From positions 1 to 64,000 of the IMG/VR virus record IMGVR_UViG_3300008267_000014: a stretch of 64,000 nt of DNA, one strand, 5' to 3'. Positions 29,101 through 41,700 of the stretch are shown one piece after another. Made by a program: the position numbers and the translations under genes. The notes beneath the pieces are model-generated. The model searched no databases. It worked only from the letters and a program-made list of their open reading frames with translations, and had not been told where the DNA came from. Every line of letters begins with the position of its first letter. The first letter of the stretch is position 1. Origin of the DNA: a virus.

Positions 29101-32100
29101 ATGTCAAATTCATATAGAATAAGAACAACACCTGGTGTTGATAAATCAGTTAAGGTAACATTAGAACAGGATTTTGAATTTTTAGAAATACTCTCATTAA
29201 AAGTATTACAAAGTCAAGTTTATACGAGAGTTTGTTCCGATTACGGTGTTATTGTAGGTCGTGTAAGTGTTAATAACGGGTTTGGTATTCCAAACGCTAA
29301 AGTATCAGTATTCATCCCTTTAGAAGATTCTGATAGTGGTAACCCTGTAATTACTGAATTATATCCTTATAAAACTTTAAGTACAACTAATGATGATGGT
29401 TATAGGTATAATCTTTTACCAACTGAACCCTCATATAGTAACCATATTCCAACAGGTTCATTTTTCACTAGAGAAGATGTTTTAACTAACCCTAATAAAA
29501 TTGAGGTTTACGATAAGTATTATAAGTATAATGCCGTGACTAATGAAAGTGGTGATTATATGATTTTTGGTGTTCCGGTGGGTTCACAAACAATTGTTGT
29601 TAATGTTGATTTATCTGATATTGGTGAGTTCTCATTATCACCTCAAGATTTAATTAGAATGGGTCGTGCTACCGAATCACAAGTAAGTGGTACTAAGTTT
29701 AAGTCTTCCGCCAATTTAAATGAATTACCTCAAATTATAACTATAAATAGAACTTTAGATGTTGAACCTTTTTGGGGTGATGAAAGTGTTTGTACGTTAG
29801 GTATTACAAGAACAGATTTTGACTTATCAGATGAGGCGAATATTGATATTCGACCTACAGCAATCTTTATGGGTTCTATTTTATCAACTAATGACGATTA
29901 CAGTCTTAAAGCGAATTGTCGACCCGCATTGAAATCGGGTGAATTATGTAGTTTGGTTGTTGGTCCTGGTGAGATATTAGCAATTAGACAAACCATTGAT
30001 ATTGATAATAATGGTAGACCTATATTAGAAGAATTTAAATTAGAATCCGGTGGTAAAGTAATAGATGATAACGGTACTTGGTTAATTGATGTACCAATGA
30101 ATTTAGATTATGTTGTTATAAATGAATTTGGTGAGAGAGTTTTATCTAACGACCCTAAAGTTGGGATTCCAACTAAAGGTAAATATCGATTTAAAGTTAA
30201 ATGGGGACAACCTCCTACATTATCGGAATCAGTTAAAAGAGCATATTTTTTAGTTCCTAATATAAAAGAGTATGGGTGGGTGACATCATCGGATGACCCA
30301 TTATATAAGTCATTCACTACTGACGAATATGAAAGAGTTAAAAAATCATATACGTTTAGTTTAAATTGGGATGATTACGGTAGTATTGATAATACGACAG
30401 GATTACCTGATACTATCGGGTTACAAATGATACAAGAAGCGATTGATTGCGAAGACAGATTTTATGATATGACTTTCAATAAAGTTTATACTGTGTCACA
30501 AATGATAACTCAATATCGAAAAGGTACTGCCAAAAGAAGATTCATTTCAATAAAAGATATTGTTAATGATACTTGTGAGAGTGAAAATTACAAATTTCCA
30601 ACTAACGATGCTTATAAAAAAACCGACATTTTATTTTTAGTATTTACAATATTTAGTTTATTGTTTAGACCTACATTATATGTTTTAGTTTTATTATTAC
30701 ATATATTATCATTTATTGTTGTTTACATTTTAGTACCCTTATTAACTTTATTAGTTAGATTAATACAGGCGGTTGCAAAAATAGTTCAGAAACTGGCTAG
30801 TTTGGTAAGTATTAGCATTTCATTACCTAATTTTAGTGAACTTTTAGATAAACTTAACGATATTAAAAACCGGTTTACTAATTTCAAAATACCTAATTTA
30901 ACATATCCTGATTGTGAATTATGTGACTGTAACGACCCATCAACCCAAAGTCCTGATAATACACAGACAATACCGGGGTCTATTAATCAGACTAATGAAA
31001 TAATAAATACAGATGGGAGTAATTTATTATTACCGATTAGTAATGTTATTATTTATAATCAAATAACAGGGTATGATATAAGTGTTAATGAGTTACTTTC
31101 TGGATATCAGATACCTATGACAGGTAATATACCTAATTATGTTGGTACTCCTTATCCTATACCTAATCCTAATAACGCTAATAGTGGTTTACAAACCGAT
31201 TATTATTTTACAAGCGATTTACCGTTATCGGAAAGACTTAATTTATTTAACACTAAATCTAAATATTTTAATAATGTTGTCGGTGGTGGTGTTAATCAAA
31301 TAAAAGTTAAATTCGATACTGTTTTAAATCCATCACCAAGTAAGTACCATTTAGATAATGTTATGGTGGTTATGGTGTCTGAAAATCAAATTAATAAATT
31401 TAGTAGTGGACAGATATTATCATTTCAGGATGTTAAATTATCGGGTGATATAAATATTAATACTGATGAAATAAATGATTATGGTACTAATAGTATTACA
31501 GGTAGTACGTTATTAAATGATACTATAATTACGCAAAAAACAATAACTTATTCAGACCCTAATGGAGGACCAACGTATTTAAGTGTTGTTTATAATTTAA
31601 CAGGTAAAACATCTGATAATGAATGTAAATACGCTAGATATCCTGTAGATATTGAATATTTCCAAGTAATAACAGGTGTTACATATAATAATTATACGGC
31701 ACATACCGACACATCATTAGTCAATTCTTTAAATACACGTTTTTTAAATAATGATACGTATATTAACACAATTAATTCATTAATGAATGTCCAAGGGCTT
31801 AATAATGGGTGTGCGACAAATCAGAAATTTGTAAAACCTATTAACTTAATTAATGGATATGAAAAAAAATATATTGTTTTTTTAGTGAGAGGTGTAGACC
31901 CTAATTCCACTAGAGTGAAATGTGAGTACGATTTAAGTAAATTATTTGGATATAATAATTGGGGTTATATTAAAGTGAGCGGTTTATTTAAATTAAATAT
32001 TCCTATTCAAGGAACGCCTCTAAATATTAAACATACCGTTAATGATAATAATACTATTGATACATATAGTAATTTGAAACTTTTTTACCCATCTATGTTT

Positions 32101-34068
32101 TTCCAACCTGGTAATCAAATGTCAGGTTTTACAACATCATTACCTAAATACTATTCTAATTTAGATAATACAACTATACCGTCTAATTTAGGGGTAATTA
32201 ATGATGTTAATTATGGTTTAAAAATTAAAAATGATAATGATTATACGTTAGAATGGGTTAAGCATACTATAGATACGGCTTGTAATGTTAGTGGTGATTT
32301 AACATATGCCCCAATCCAAACCCAACCGTTGAATAATTCTAGAACGTACATACCTTTTGAACCTATCGAAGGTGGTTCATTTATGTATTTAAATGTAAGT
32401 TTTAATCATTTACCATTTGTAAAGTGGCCGACCAATCAAATTAACATTAGTTACTATAGTAGAAAATACAATAATAATGTTAATATATTACCTAGTAATA
32501 ATTTAACTAACAATATAGTAATGAGGTCAGATAGATTGCCGACTTCAACCATGGTATATGAACCTAAAAAAGGTAATGATAATAGTTATCTACTTAATTC
32601 TAATCCTATCACGTCTGTTTATTTAGTGAGTGATGATGGATTTATTTCTTCTTCTAATAATGTTACTAACGAAATTGGTGATGATATACCGGTAATAATA
32701 CCAAATCCTTTATTAAATAGTTTTAGTTGTAATGGGTTAGTCCCTTTAAATTGTTATTATAATTCAGGTGGTACTGTCAAAATACAACCATCAGGTAATA
32801 GTTGTTATAAACATAATGATGGTAATTTAAAATTAGAAAATGGGTGTTATATATTAGTTACCACACCTATTAAAACATTATTGAGTGATTTTAGTGTTAT
32901 TACCGAATGGTTGAGTCGATTAACAATTAGTTTTGCGGCATGTAGGAACGTTTTTGGTCATATATTTACAAATAATTGGGTAAATGGAACTTTATATGCG
33001 TTTAGTTTTAAAAATAACAGATATTTTAATTCTAAGAATGTTCCTTATTCTGTATATTGTAAAGATAATCTATTTTTTGATAACACAGAAACTTATAATT
33101 TTTATTATAGGTGTAGTCCATGGGATTTTACAAATAAAAAATTTATAGGTAAAAATAGTCCTGGATATGATGGAAACGAAAAAAATTTACTATATCCTAC
33201 AACAATAATGGATTTGGGACCTAGAGATTTTTACTCACAAGAAATTGCATTGTCAAACAATTTTGATGGTTATGTAATGAAAAATTTAAATAACACTAGT
33301 TTTGGTGATGTATCAGAAATACTTAATTTGTTTATTATTACTAGACTTACAAATAGCTCATTTATACAAAAATTAATCGCTGGTACAACAGTAGATAGTT
33401 TTTTTAGTCGTAAAAATAGAATGATTGACGGAGATTATGCTCAGATGATTTCAATTAATTCGGAAGTCGGTGTAACACCTTTTGAAGCTGAAAATTATCC
33501 TAACCCTAATCAGATTTATTATAACGGTGGTGCATCTACAGATGGTGTGTTTGGAATATTTTTTAGTTCAGATACTCAAGTTAGGGATTATTTAACCCCT
33601 AAAAGAACAATAAACGTTAATAACTTACCTATCACTAATTCTTGTTCGTTTGAATATATACCGGTTAAATCACAAATAGTACCATTTTATCAGTGGGATG
33701 TTAAACAAAATAGTGATGGTGATAGTATATTTGGCTCTCAATTAAACAATTGGTTTACTAATGAAGTTGATACGAATGGGTTTTTTAGTAGTAGATATCA
33801 ATCGATGGATAGAATCCAACCGGTATCTAGATATTTTAGAGGGAATAATATGACTCAAACTAATTATTATAAAGGATATATTTATTCTGTTGATAATAGT
33901 GGTAATTTAAGTGGGTCGGTATCAAATTGGAATCAAAATTCAGGTATTTATAGTAGAGCAATTACTAATGGTGCACCGTTTCACTTCTTTTTTGGTTTAA
34001 AACGAGGGAAATCGGCTTTCGATAGGTTCACTACTAAATGGATTGACACAACAAATGAAAATGATTAA
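29101..34068 (+). CDS. Large structural protein with an internal hydrophobic helical segment
   Basis: 1655 aa; N-terminal GVIVGRV..GIPNAKVSVF beta-sandwich; ~65-aa hydrophobic stretch near 30628-30826. Confidence 0.6.
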   Translation: MSNSYRIRTTPGVDKSVKVTLEQDFEFLEILSLKVLQSQVYTRVCSDYGVIVGRVSVNNGFGIPNAKVSVFIPLEDSDSGNPVITELYPYKTLSTTNDDGYRYNLLPTEPSYSNHIPTGSFFTREDVLTNPNKIEVYDKYYKYNAVTNESGDYMIFGVPVGSQTIVVNVDLSDIGEFSLSPQDLIRMGRATESQVSGTKFKSSANLNELPQIITINRTLDVEPFWGDESVCTLGITRTDFDLSDEANIDIRPTAIFMGSILSTNDDYSLKANCRPALKSGELCSLVVGPGEILAIRQTIDIDNNGRPILEEFKLESGGKVIDDNGTWLIDVPMNLDYVVINEFGERVLSNDPKVGIPTKGKYRFKVKWGQPPTLSESVKRAYFLVPNIKEYGWVTSSDDPLYKSFTTDEYERVKKSYTFSLNWDDYGSIDNTTGLPDTIGLQMIQEAIDCEDRFYDMTFNKVYTVSQMITQYRKGTAKRRFISIKDIVNDTCESENYKFPTNDAYKKTDILFLVFTIFSLLFRPTLYVLVLLLHILSFIVVYILVPLLTLLVRLIQAVAKIVQKLASLVSISISLPNFSELLDKLNDIKNRFTNFKIPNLTYPDCELCDCNDPSTQSPDNTQTIPGSINQTNEIINTDGSNLLLPISNVIIYNQITGYDISVNELLSGYQIPMTGNIPNYVGTPYPIPNPNNANSGLQTDYYFTSDLPLSERLNLFNTKSKYFNNVVGGGVNQIKVKFDTVLNPSPSKYHLDNVMVVMVSENQINKFSSGQILSFQDVKLSGDININTDEINDYGTNSITGSTLLNDTIITQKTITYSDPNGGPTYLSVVYNLTGKTSDNECKYARYPVDIEYFQVITGVTYNNYTAHTDTSLVNSLNTRFLNNDTYINTINSLMNVQGLNNGCATNQKFVKPINLINGYEKKYIVFLVRGVDPNSTRVKCEYDLSKLFGYNNWGYIKVSGLFKLNIPIQGTPLNIKHTVNDNNTIDTYSNLKLFYPSMFFQPGNQMSGFTTSLPKYYSNLDNTTIPSNLGVINDVNYGLKIKNDNDYTLEWVKHTIDTACNVSGDLTYAPIQTQPLNNSRTYIPFEPIEGGSFMYLNVSFNHLPFVKWPTNQINISYYSRKYNNNVNILPSNNLTNNIVMRSDRLPTSTMVYEPKKGNDNSYLLNSNPITSVYLVSDDGFISSSNNVTNEIGDDIPVIIPNPLLNSFSCNGLVPLNCYYNSGGTVKIQPSGNSCYKHNDGNLKLENGCYILVTTPIKTLLSDFSVITEWLSRLTISFAACRNVFGHIFTNNWVNGTLYAFSFKNNRYFNSKNVPYSVYCKDNLFFDNTETYNFYYRCSPWDFTNKKFIGKNSPGYDGNEKNLLYPTTIMDLGPRDFYSQEIALSNNFDGYVMKNLNNTSFGDVSEILNLFIITRLTNSSFIQKLIAGTTVDSFFSRKNRMIDGDYAQMISINSEVGVTPFEAENYPNPNQIYYNGGASTDGVFGIFFSSDTQVRDYLTPKRTINVNNLPITNSCSFEYIPVKSQIVPFYQWDVKQNSDGDSIFGSQLNNWFTNEVDTNGFFSSRYQSMDRIQPVSRYFRGNNMTQTNYYKGYIYSVDNSGNLSGSVSNWNQNSGIYSRAITNGAPFHFFFGLKRGKSAFDRFTTKWIDTTNEND

Positions 34069-35834
34069 TGGGAAATGTAAATGATATTAGAATTGTATTA
34101 GGTAGTTTAAGATATAAATCAGCGTCAGACACTGATTCATCTATCCAACTACCTTTAGTACAAACTGTTAAAGAAAATATTGAATTTGATAGAACAATTA
34201 ATGTTGATTTAGCAGAAGTCTATGATAAAGAAAGACAAGAATCAACAATAGTTAGACCTACTTGTAAGTTTTCAGTTTTATTTAAAAATTCATATACAGG
34301 AACAACAAACTATACACCATTTAAAAATAATTTATATTACGTAAATGCGTCTAATACCGCGGCTTTACAATGTAATAGTAATTCTAATTCTGTCTTATGG
34401 GGTGGGTTTCCACAGTATAATGAATTTGATTTTATAAGAAACGATTATAATGTTTCAGGGTATACTTTACCGCCAAATAATCATATTGATTTTGTGGCTA
34501 AAAGTGCCTCTACCTATAATTGGAATTTTTTTATGAGTTATCCGTATAGTAATAACTTAACAAAAAAAATGAGTGCGTATAATCCTGATTATGGTGTAAC
34601 ATTAAATTGGGTTGCCGGTGACGGATTACCTTTTGTCATCACTAACGCATCTGAAGGTGGTAATAATATCGTTAGTCTAAAATCACCATTAAAACATGGT
34701 TTATCAATTGGTGAATATGTTAAATTAAGTATTAGTTACAATAATAATCAATATTATCAGGTTTATTCTTTGGGTGACTTTGGAGGTAATAATAGTGATT
34801 ATATTTTTAATATATTTAATTACGGTTTTACAGGGTCTACGTTTAGTGACGGTATTAATGGTACGTTTGTTCGAGTTGTTGATATAAACAATACGGGAGA
34901 TACGACTTCAAAGTACTATGTTAAACAAATTAAATTGTTAACTAATGTTGATGATGCGGTTATGACTAAAGCCGGATTTGAACAAAATATTTTTGGTGGT
35001 AGTAAAAAATTTGAAAGTAGTGGATTAACACCTAATCATATTGAAAGAGTTTCTATTAAAGAAGGTGCTCAATCATATACATTATCATTTAATAAGGATT
35101 TTGATATAAGTGAAATACGAGATAATCAAAAAAGACCTATAACTGAATTATTCTTTACTGTTATTTGGAAAGGGTATTTTGGATGGACATTCGGAATACC
35201 TAATGGAATTAATTATTATGGATTGAAACAGGGTTATGAATGTAACTTACAGTTGATAAATAATTTACCAAATACATGGTGGACTAATTCTAATTCTGAT
35301 AATAGAACTAATTTCCCTATGGGTACTTATACAACACCATTAGGGACTAAACCTTTTACTTATATTAAATCACTTAAAGCTGGTGATATTATTGACGGTG
35401 AATATTGTGAATTTAATGATTTTGAGCAAACCGAAAGAGTAATTAGTCCAATATATCACAAATTCACATTTAATCCATTTGTGTTTAATAATAAAGGAAA
35501 TTTACCAAATTCTAATAATTTATTTGGGTATTATTATGAACCACATCATAAAATAACAATTAAAGAATATTCTGAATATGTTGAAGAAGGTGATATAGAT
35601 TCTGTTGATAATGTCCCTGACTATTCATACTTCTCAACCACTAAAAATTCATTTGTATGGAAAGATATTTATCCTTACGGTTATATTGATTCTAATAATG
35701 TTGGTGTTGATTATCCATTTGTTAATGGTAAACATTACCCACATACTAATACAATTTTTAGAATAATCCCTGAAGGTACTAATTTCATAAACAATACGAC
35801 TGTAGCTGAACCGACAATTGATGGATGCGAATAA
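34068..35834 (+). CDS. Putative virion structural protein
   Basis: 588 aa, coupled by a TAATG overlap within the structural operon. Confidence 0.6.
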   Translation: MGNVNDIRIVLGSLRYKSASDTDSSIQLPLVQTVKENIEFDRTINVDLAEVYDKERQESTIVRPTCKFSVLFKNSYTGTTNYTPFKNNLYYVNASNTAALQCNSNSNSVLWGGFPQYNEFDFIRNDYNVSGYTLPPNNHIDFVAKSASTYNWNFFMSYPYSNNLTKKMSAYNPDYGVTLNWVAGDGLPFVITNASEGGNNIVSLKSPLKHGLSIGEYVKLSISYNNNQYYQVYSLGDFGGNNSDYIFNIFNYGFTGSTFSDGINGTFVRVVDINNTGDTTSKYYVKQIKLLTNVDDAVMTKAGFEQNIFGGSKKFESSGLTPNHIERVSIKEGAQSYTLSFNKDFDISEIRDNQKRPITELFFTVIWKGYFGWTFGIPNGINYYGLKQGYECNLQLINNLPNTWWTNSNSDNRTNFPMGTYTTPLGTKPFTYIKSLKAGDIIDGEYCEFNDFEQTERVISPIYHKFTFNPFVFNNKGNLPNSNNLFGYYYEPHHKITIKEYSEYVEEGDIDSVDNVPDYSYFSTTKNSFVWKDIYPYGYIDSNNVGVDYPFVNGKHYPHTNTIFRIIPEGTNFINNTTVAEPTIDGCE

Positions 35835-36627
35835 TAGATATAGAATTAAATTAACTAATGATAATAATCAGTTTATTAACATACCTTTAGAAATTAAATG
35901 GGATTTCACAGGTAGAGATGATAGTATTGAGTTATATGAAGATGAAGTTATTGGTGGAATTTTAGGAAGTCCCAAAGATTATGAAATTATGCGATTCGCA
36001 CATGATTCGCATATTGGTAGTAGTAGAACTGATGTTAATTACGAGTTTAATTTTTTTGGTGGGACTAAAATAGATATTCCTACTTCAACTATAACTGATT
36101 GGTCTTCTAGTTATCTAAAAGAAGGTTTTACCCAAACTCAAGTTTATTATTATGAAAAACCTTTTACTAAATCTTTCTTTAAATTAGATTTTTACGATAC
36201 AACTGATGTTAATACACAAACAATTTATATGACTATTATAATACCTGTTCAACAAGGGTTTACTGAGAATGTGTTAATATCGAGTTATTTGTCATCGGTT
36301 AAAATTAAAAAACCGACATTTAAATTAGATTACGTTGGTGATAAAGAAGGTTTTTTTATTTATTGGTTAAGAAAAGAAGAGATTAATGATTTAACCACTT
36401 TTTATATGAGTGCTAAATTTTTTGATGCTAGATTAGGTGTTTTTGTTAAAATGATGACAGTGCCACAATCTAACTTACCTGATAGATTTAATTTTGACGC
36501 TAATAAGTATTTTTATTATAAACTAAAAATTAATAGAGATAATTATACTTATTCGGTGTTTGATTTAAACAATGTAAGGATTGGTGATACAAACCCCATA
36601 AAATGGTATGAATATGTTAATCCGTAA
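35818..36627 (+). CDS. Putative virion structural protein
   Basis: 269 aa; start may be ATG 35821 rather than TTG 35818. Confidence 0.6.
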   Translation: MMDANNRYRIKLTNDNNQFINIPLEIKWDFTGRDDSIELYEDEVIGGILGSPKDYEIMRFAHDSHIGSSRTDVNYEFNFFGGTKIDIPTSTITDWSSSYLKEGFTQTQVYYYEKPFTKSFFKLDFYDTTDVNTQTIYMTIIIPVQQGFTENVLISSYLSSVKIKKPTFKLDYVGDKEGFFIYWLRKEEINDLTTFYMSAKFFDARLGVFVKMMTVPQSNLPDRFNFDANKYFYYKLKINRDNYTYSVFDLNNVRIGDTNPIKWYEYVNP

Positions 36628-37811
36628 TGCAAGATAGAGTTTATAATTATAAAATTTCACCTGATGTTATTAGTAATAAGATTTTTATTACTGATTATTA
36701 TATTAATACTGAAAATAATGAAGAATTTGTTGTTTGTTGTGATGTAATTACAAGTGCAACAACTGAAACATTAACAGGTCAAACGTATGTTTATTCATCG
36801 ATGACCCAAATATTGTCGGGAGGAACTAACGGGACTTCACTATTAACGGGTATGACTATACCTATCTTTTTAAGTGAGAATACTGTTGATATTGGATACT
36901 ATTCAACATTTGATGGAATGGTGGTTCAGAAAGATGTAATGACCAATTTTATTTTTTCATCGAATACGTTAAATCCATATTTGGTTCAATTGTATAATAC
37001 ATCTGATATTGAATTTAAAAAATATCTTTCATTTAGTGAGTATAAGATAGATTGGGGTGATAGTACACCAATTGAAACTTTAACTGTATTTAGTCCTAAT
37101 TTTTACCCACACACTTATACACAATCTGGTAATTTTAATATTGTTATGTCAGGTATAAGTCCATGGGGTGTTAATCTAATAAAAAAAACTGTTACAGTAC
37201 CTTATAGTGATATTACTATTACAAATCCTAACGGTACTGCTTATTTCTATCCATCAGGAGGGTCTTGGTCAGGAACACCGTTAATGTATGACTATATTTT
37301 TAGCGGCGATAGCGAATGTGAAACTCAGTTACAGATAAATAACCAATTTACTTCAGTCCCTATCGTAATTACAGGATTTACTAATTCAACCATGAACGAT
37401 TTAAGTCAATATGGTAGTAAAAATAATCCTGCTTTATTTGCGGGTAAGTTTAAAATAGGTATAGAAGTAACTGCGAATACTAATACAATAGGTACTTTTT
37501 GGGGGCCTTCAAATGATGGATTGTATACAGGGTATACTATAAATGGTATTGATTACTATGATTATAATGATGGTACAACTATTTTTATTGCGAAATCATC
37601 AGGGTTAACATCTGATATGTTAATTTGTTCAGCAATAACTAAAAACGAAACGTTATTAAATGTAATAGACGAACCTGAAGTACAATCTAATGTCTACATA
37701 GAACGTGGGAAAACTTCGGGATTAGAATCGTTACAAAGACTTGGTGAAGTGGATAACGTGGGTGACTTAGAAAAATATGGATATGGTTTTTTTAATGTCA
37801 CAAAAACATAA
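36627..37811 (+). CDS. Structural protein with PKD-like domain
   Basis: YKIDWGDSTP..HTYTQSGNFNI PKD-like signature. Confidence 0.55.
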   Translation: MQDRVYNYKISPDVISNKIFITDYYINTENNEEFVVCCDVITSATTETLTGQTYVYSSMTQILSGGTNGTSLLTGMTIPIFLSENTVDIGYYSTFDGMVVQKDVMTNFIFSSNTLNPYLVQLYNTSDIEFKKYLSFSEYKIDWGDSTPIETLTVFSPNFYPHTYTQSGNFNIVMSGISPWGVNLIKKTVTVPYSDITITNPNGTAYFYPSGGSWSGTPLMYDYIFSGDSECETQLQINNQFTSVPIVITGFTNSTMNDLSQYGSKNNPALFAGKFKIGIEVTANTNTIGTFWGPSNDGLYTGYTINGIDYYDYNDGTTIFIAKSSGLTSDMLICSAITKNETLLNVIDEPEVQSNVYIERGKTSGLESLQRLGEVDNVGDLEKYGYGFFNVTKT

Positions 37812-37855
37812 TAATGATATTTATATTTAAATAAATTAAGAAAAAAATTAACTGA

Positions 37856-38764
37856 ATGGCAACGGGAGTTTATGGAACTATAAGACCAGCGGATGTATCA
37901 CCGGCAGATGTTGATATAATATTAAATTATACACCATCTAGAGATGAAACTAATAACTTTGTAATGACTAAGTTAGACTCTACATCGGTATTGAAGCCCT
38001 ACTTTAACAATAGTAGTACAGGTGGTAATGCTAATGTTGAGATACTCGGTGGGTTATATAATTTAAAATTACCTTCAGATGTCTTCAATAAAATAGGTAT
38101 CTATACAATCTATATTAGACCTGCTCAAATTAGAACTAAAATTTTGGATTGTGGTGTTTTATCCGCAATACCAAATGTTAAAGGATTAGTTATTGATTTA
38201 AGTGAAGTACCATCACAATTTAGAAATAAATTTGTTACACAAGGATTAGTTGGTTTTAGAATTGAGTATTTAAATACTGATGGGACTAAAATCCCTAATT
38301 TTTTCAGAATAATAACATCTTCATTTTTTTGTGAACCTGTTGTTCAAAATTTAACTAATACGTCTCAAAAGGCTATTAGATATAGATACACCGATAATAA
38401 TACTAATTTAATATTTTGTACGGTATCACCATCATCGTCACCAAGTAATAAACCTAACGCGACTCCTTTTATTGGACAACCAAATCAAAATATCATCATT
38501 AGTAATACGTTCTTCAATCCTATTACTTTAGATATTGAAATGGCTGAACATGATTTCTCAACATTAGCTATTGCGTTGTTTGGTAATCAAACAAAATCAA
38601 TGGATGACGGTATTTACACTATGTACGATAGTAATAACAATATTTATAAACAATACAACTTATACGAAATTAGAGACCAATTTAATCATTTATTATACGA
38701 AGTTAGACAAGATAGAAATAATAACATTGACTTTAGTAAAAACTTTACAAACATCACTCAATAA
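37856..38764 (+). CDS. Putative virion structural protein
   Basis: 302 aa; upstream TATTTAT motif; TAATG coupling to the next gene. Confidence 0.6.
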   Translation: MATGVYGTIRPADVSPADVDIILNYTPSRDETNNFVMTKLDSTSVLKPYFNNSSTGGNANVEILGGLYNLKLPSDVFNKIGIYTIYIRPAQIRTKILDCGVLSAIPNVKGLVIDLSEVPSQFRNKFVTQGLVGFRIEYLNTDGTKIPNFFRIITSSFFCEPVVQNLTNTSQKAIRYRYTDNNTNLIFCTVSPSSSPSNKPNATPFIGQPNQNIIISNTFFNPITLDIEMAEHDFSTLAIALFGNQTKSMDDGIYTMYDSNNNIYKQYNLYEIRDQFNHLLYEVRQDRNNNIDFSKNFTNITQ

Positions 38765-41700
38765 TGGCTGAAAAAAAATATATTTGTCCCCCAACACCAG
38801 CAACTGGTTCAGGTACATTTTCTGACGATTTAGTCGGTTTTCAGTTAGTGCAAGGTGGTGGGTTAACTCAAGGTAATTTTACGTTTAATACGGCTATTAC
38901 TGAAAAAAGTAATAGAACTTTTAATACGGGTACTTTTTCAGACCCGATTAATTTAGATTCGTTAGGTATTGAAAGTGTTCAACAATCTAAACAGATTTTT
39001 GAAAATAATTTTAAAGTCTATCCTAATTTTGATTTAAGTCAAATTACTAATTTTACATTATATGGTTCATTACAAAAACGATTTTCAGTATCTGTTCAGA
39101 AAATAATTAATTATTTTCCAGCATCTATTGAATCTACTTTTTTGGGTATTAATTATAGTACAGGTGCAACGGCTACTAATATTAGTTATAATCCTATAAC
39201 AGATACTACGGTTTTTGATTTAGATTGTTCTAGACTTCGTAATCAATTTGATGTTGATTTTACTGTTAACGCAACTAGAAATTTAGAACTTAGAGAAATT
39301 AGTGTTTCACCATTAAGGAATTTAACTGTTGAATACGCTAAATATTCATTGTTTTTTAAATCTAACGAATATAGTGTATCGTATATAATACCTACAACTT
39401 CATTAGTTGATGGTACTTTAACTATTTCAGTAATAGGTAATCCTTTTTCGGGTAATACAGAATCTTTTGATAACTTGTTAATTAGACCTAACGATTATGA
39501 AGTTAATCGAGTATTCAACGAAGAGTTTGATGAAGTTGAAAAATTTCTATTAAATAGAAATGTTAACCCTAAATATACGGCAACATTTAGTGTACCTAAA
39601 GAAAGTGATGATGGTACTTATTATAGTATTAATCAAAATATTACTTGGCCTTTAAATGGGTCTTGGAATATTGATATTATTTCTTCGCAATTTACAAATT
39701 ATTTAACTGATTTGAATACTATTGCGGAATCTTTAGATTCATATAAAACGAATTTAATTTCAAGATTTTTAACGACAGATGCGATTAAAGATTTTGATAC
39801 TATTGACCAAAAAGTTGAAAAATCATTACAAATTTATGGTAGAAGTTTTGATGAAACTAAAAAGTTCATAGATGCTTTGGCATATATGAATTCGGTTAAT
39901 TATAATGTGGGTAATGACATACCGTCCCAATTATTAAAAAATTTAGCTCAAACATTAGGGTGGAAAACAAATATGTCACCTATTACCAATGAAGATTTTT
40001 TAGCGTCAGTTTTTGGTCAAAAGGTAACTGAAAAGTCACAATTTACCGGTATTTCCACACCATCAACACCTGATGAATTAAATTATCAATATTTTAGAAA
40101 TTTAATTTTAAATTCGGCATATCTCTTTAAATCTAAAGGAACTAGAAAATCTGTAGAAAATCTAATGAGATTAATTGGTGCTCCTGATGCCTTAGTTGAT
40201 TTCAATGAGTATGTGTATTTAGCTGACCAAGCAATTAATCTTAATCAATTTAATAGTCAATTTGGACAAATTTCAGGTGGAACTTATTTAATAGAGTTAC
40301 CTGTTTTAGACCAAAATGACGTATATACCTTCCAAGGAGTTTCTTATACAGGATTCACAACAAGTTCAATTATTAAAGATGTTAATATTGGTAGAGATGA
40401 ATATCCTATGGATGATAACGGTTTTCCTAGAGCACCGTTGGATAGTGAAGAATATTATTTTCAAATAGGTTCAGGGTGGTTTGAACAAACGCCTGAACAT
40501 AGAGCACCTGAAAGTGTTAATTTAACTAATAGTGTGTTCACAGGTTCAAATCCTGATTTCCAAACCGAGTTAATACCATATACCTATGGTCAAGATTATT
40601 TAACTCCGTTTAGAGATTTTCCATTTATGGATTTAGGGTATAACCTAAATAAGAGTGTTGATAACAATAAAAGTTGGGTTGTTAATGAAACAGGATTAAG
40701 AAGTAATCTTGATGGAGGTTATAATGCTAGATATTATACTAGTGATGAAAGATTAGTTTTGAATGTTAAAAATATCGATTTATTTTTAAATCCTTCACAA
40801 GGTTTATTGTATGATGTTTGGTACATGTCGAGAGAATATAACTTCCCGATACCTGATGAAGGGTTAAATTATACCCCCTCAACGTATTGTAATCCAATAC
40901 CTAGTGGTTATATGAAAATGGGTGTTAATCAATTTAGTACTACGTTTCCGAATGTACCATACCCACAAAAAGGGGGTGTTGATTGGACTGAAATCAATCC
41001 TAAACCTAAACAACAAACATTTTTTGAGTTCGCACAGACATTTTGGTCTAATATGATTAATGTTCGTAATAGACAGTATTCTTCAGGTGGTTATCCTACT
41101 TTAGAATCTATTTATTGGAAATATTTAGAATCTGAGAATTTCATTAATCAACCAAATGATAATTTCACATATAAAACAATGATTGATTATGTGAATGGTC
41201 TTGGTGATTATTGGGTTAGATTAGTTGAACAAATGATGCCGGCATCGACATTATTTAATTCAGGTGTAAGATACGAGAATTCAATTTTCCATAGACAAAA
41301 ATTTGCATGGAGAAGACAAAGAGGTTGTGAAATTATTCCTGTTCCTTGTGGTCCTTGTACATTATCGGGTAATTTATATACTGTTGATTGTCCGACTCAA
41401 AGTGTTGAATGTTCATTGTATCCATGGAATGATAATCCGGCAATACAATCATTTTCAGCTATATTAGGTAATGTTATTAATTCATATGTCGGCTCAATTG
41501 GGACTAACATTAATAGTTGTAACTTAAATAGTATAACATCTGAATGGTTTGTTGACATTAGATTAAATGATGTTACAGTTGTTAGTAAATCGTTTTTTAA
41601 CGGAGTTGGTTTATCTGTACCCGCATTAAGTTCACCAAGTAATGTTGATTGGCTAAATGCCGTTATAGAATCCTTAGATGAATTTAAAAATTATGGGTAT

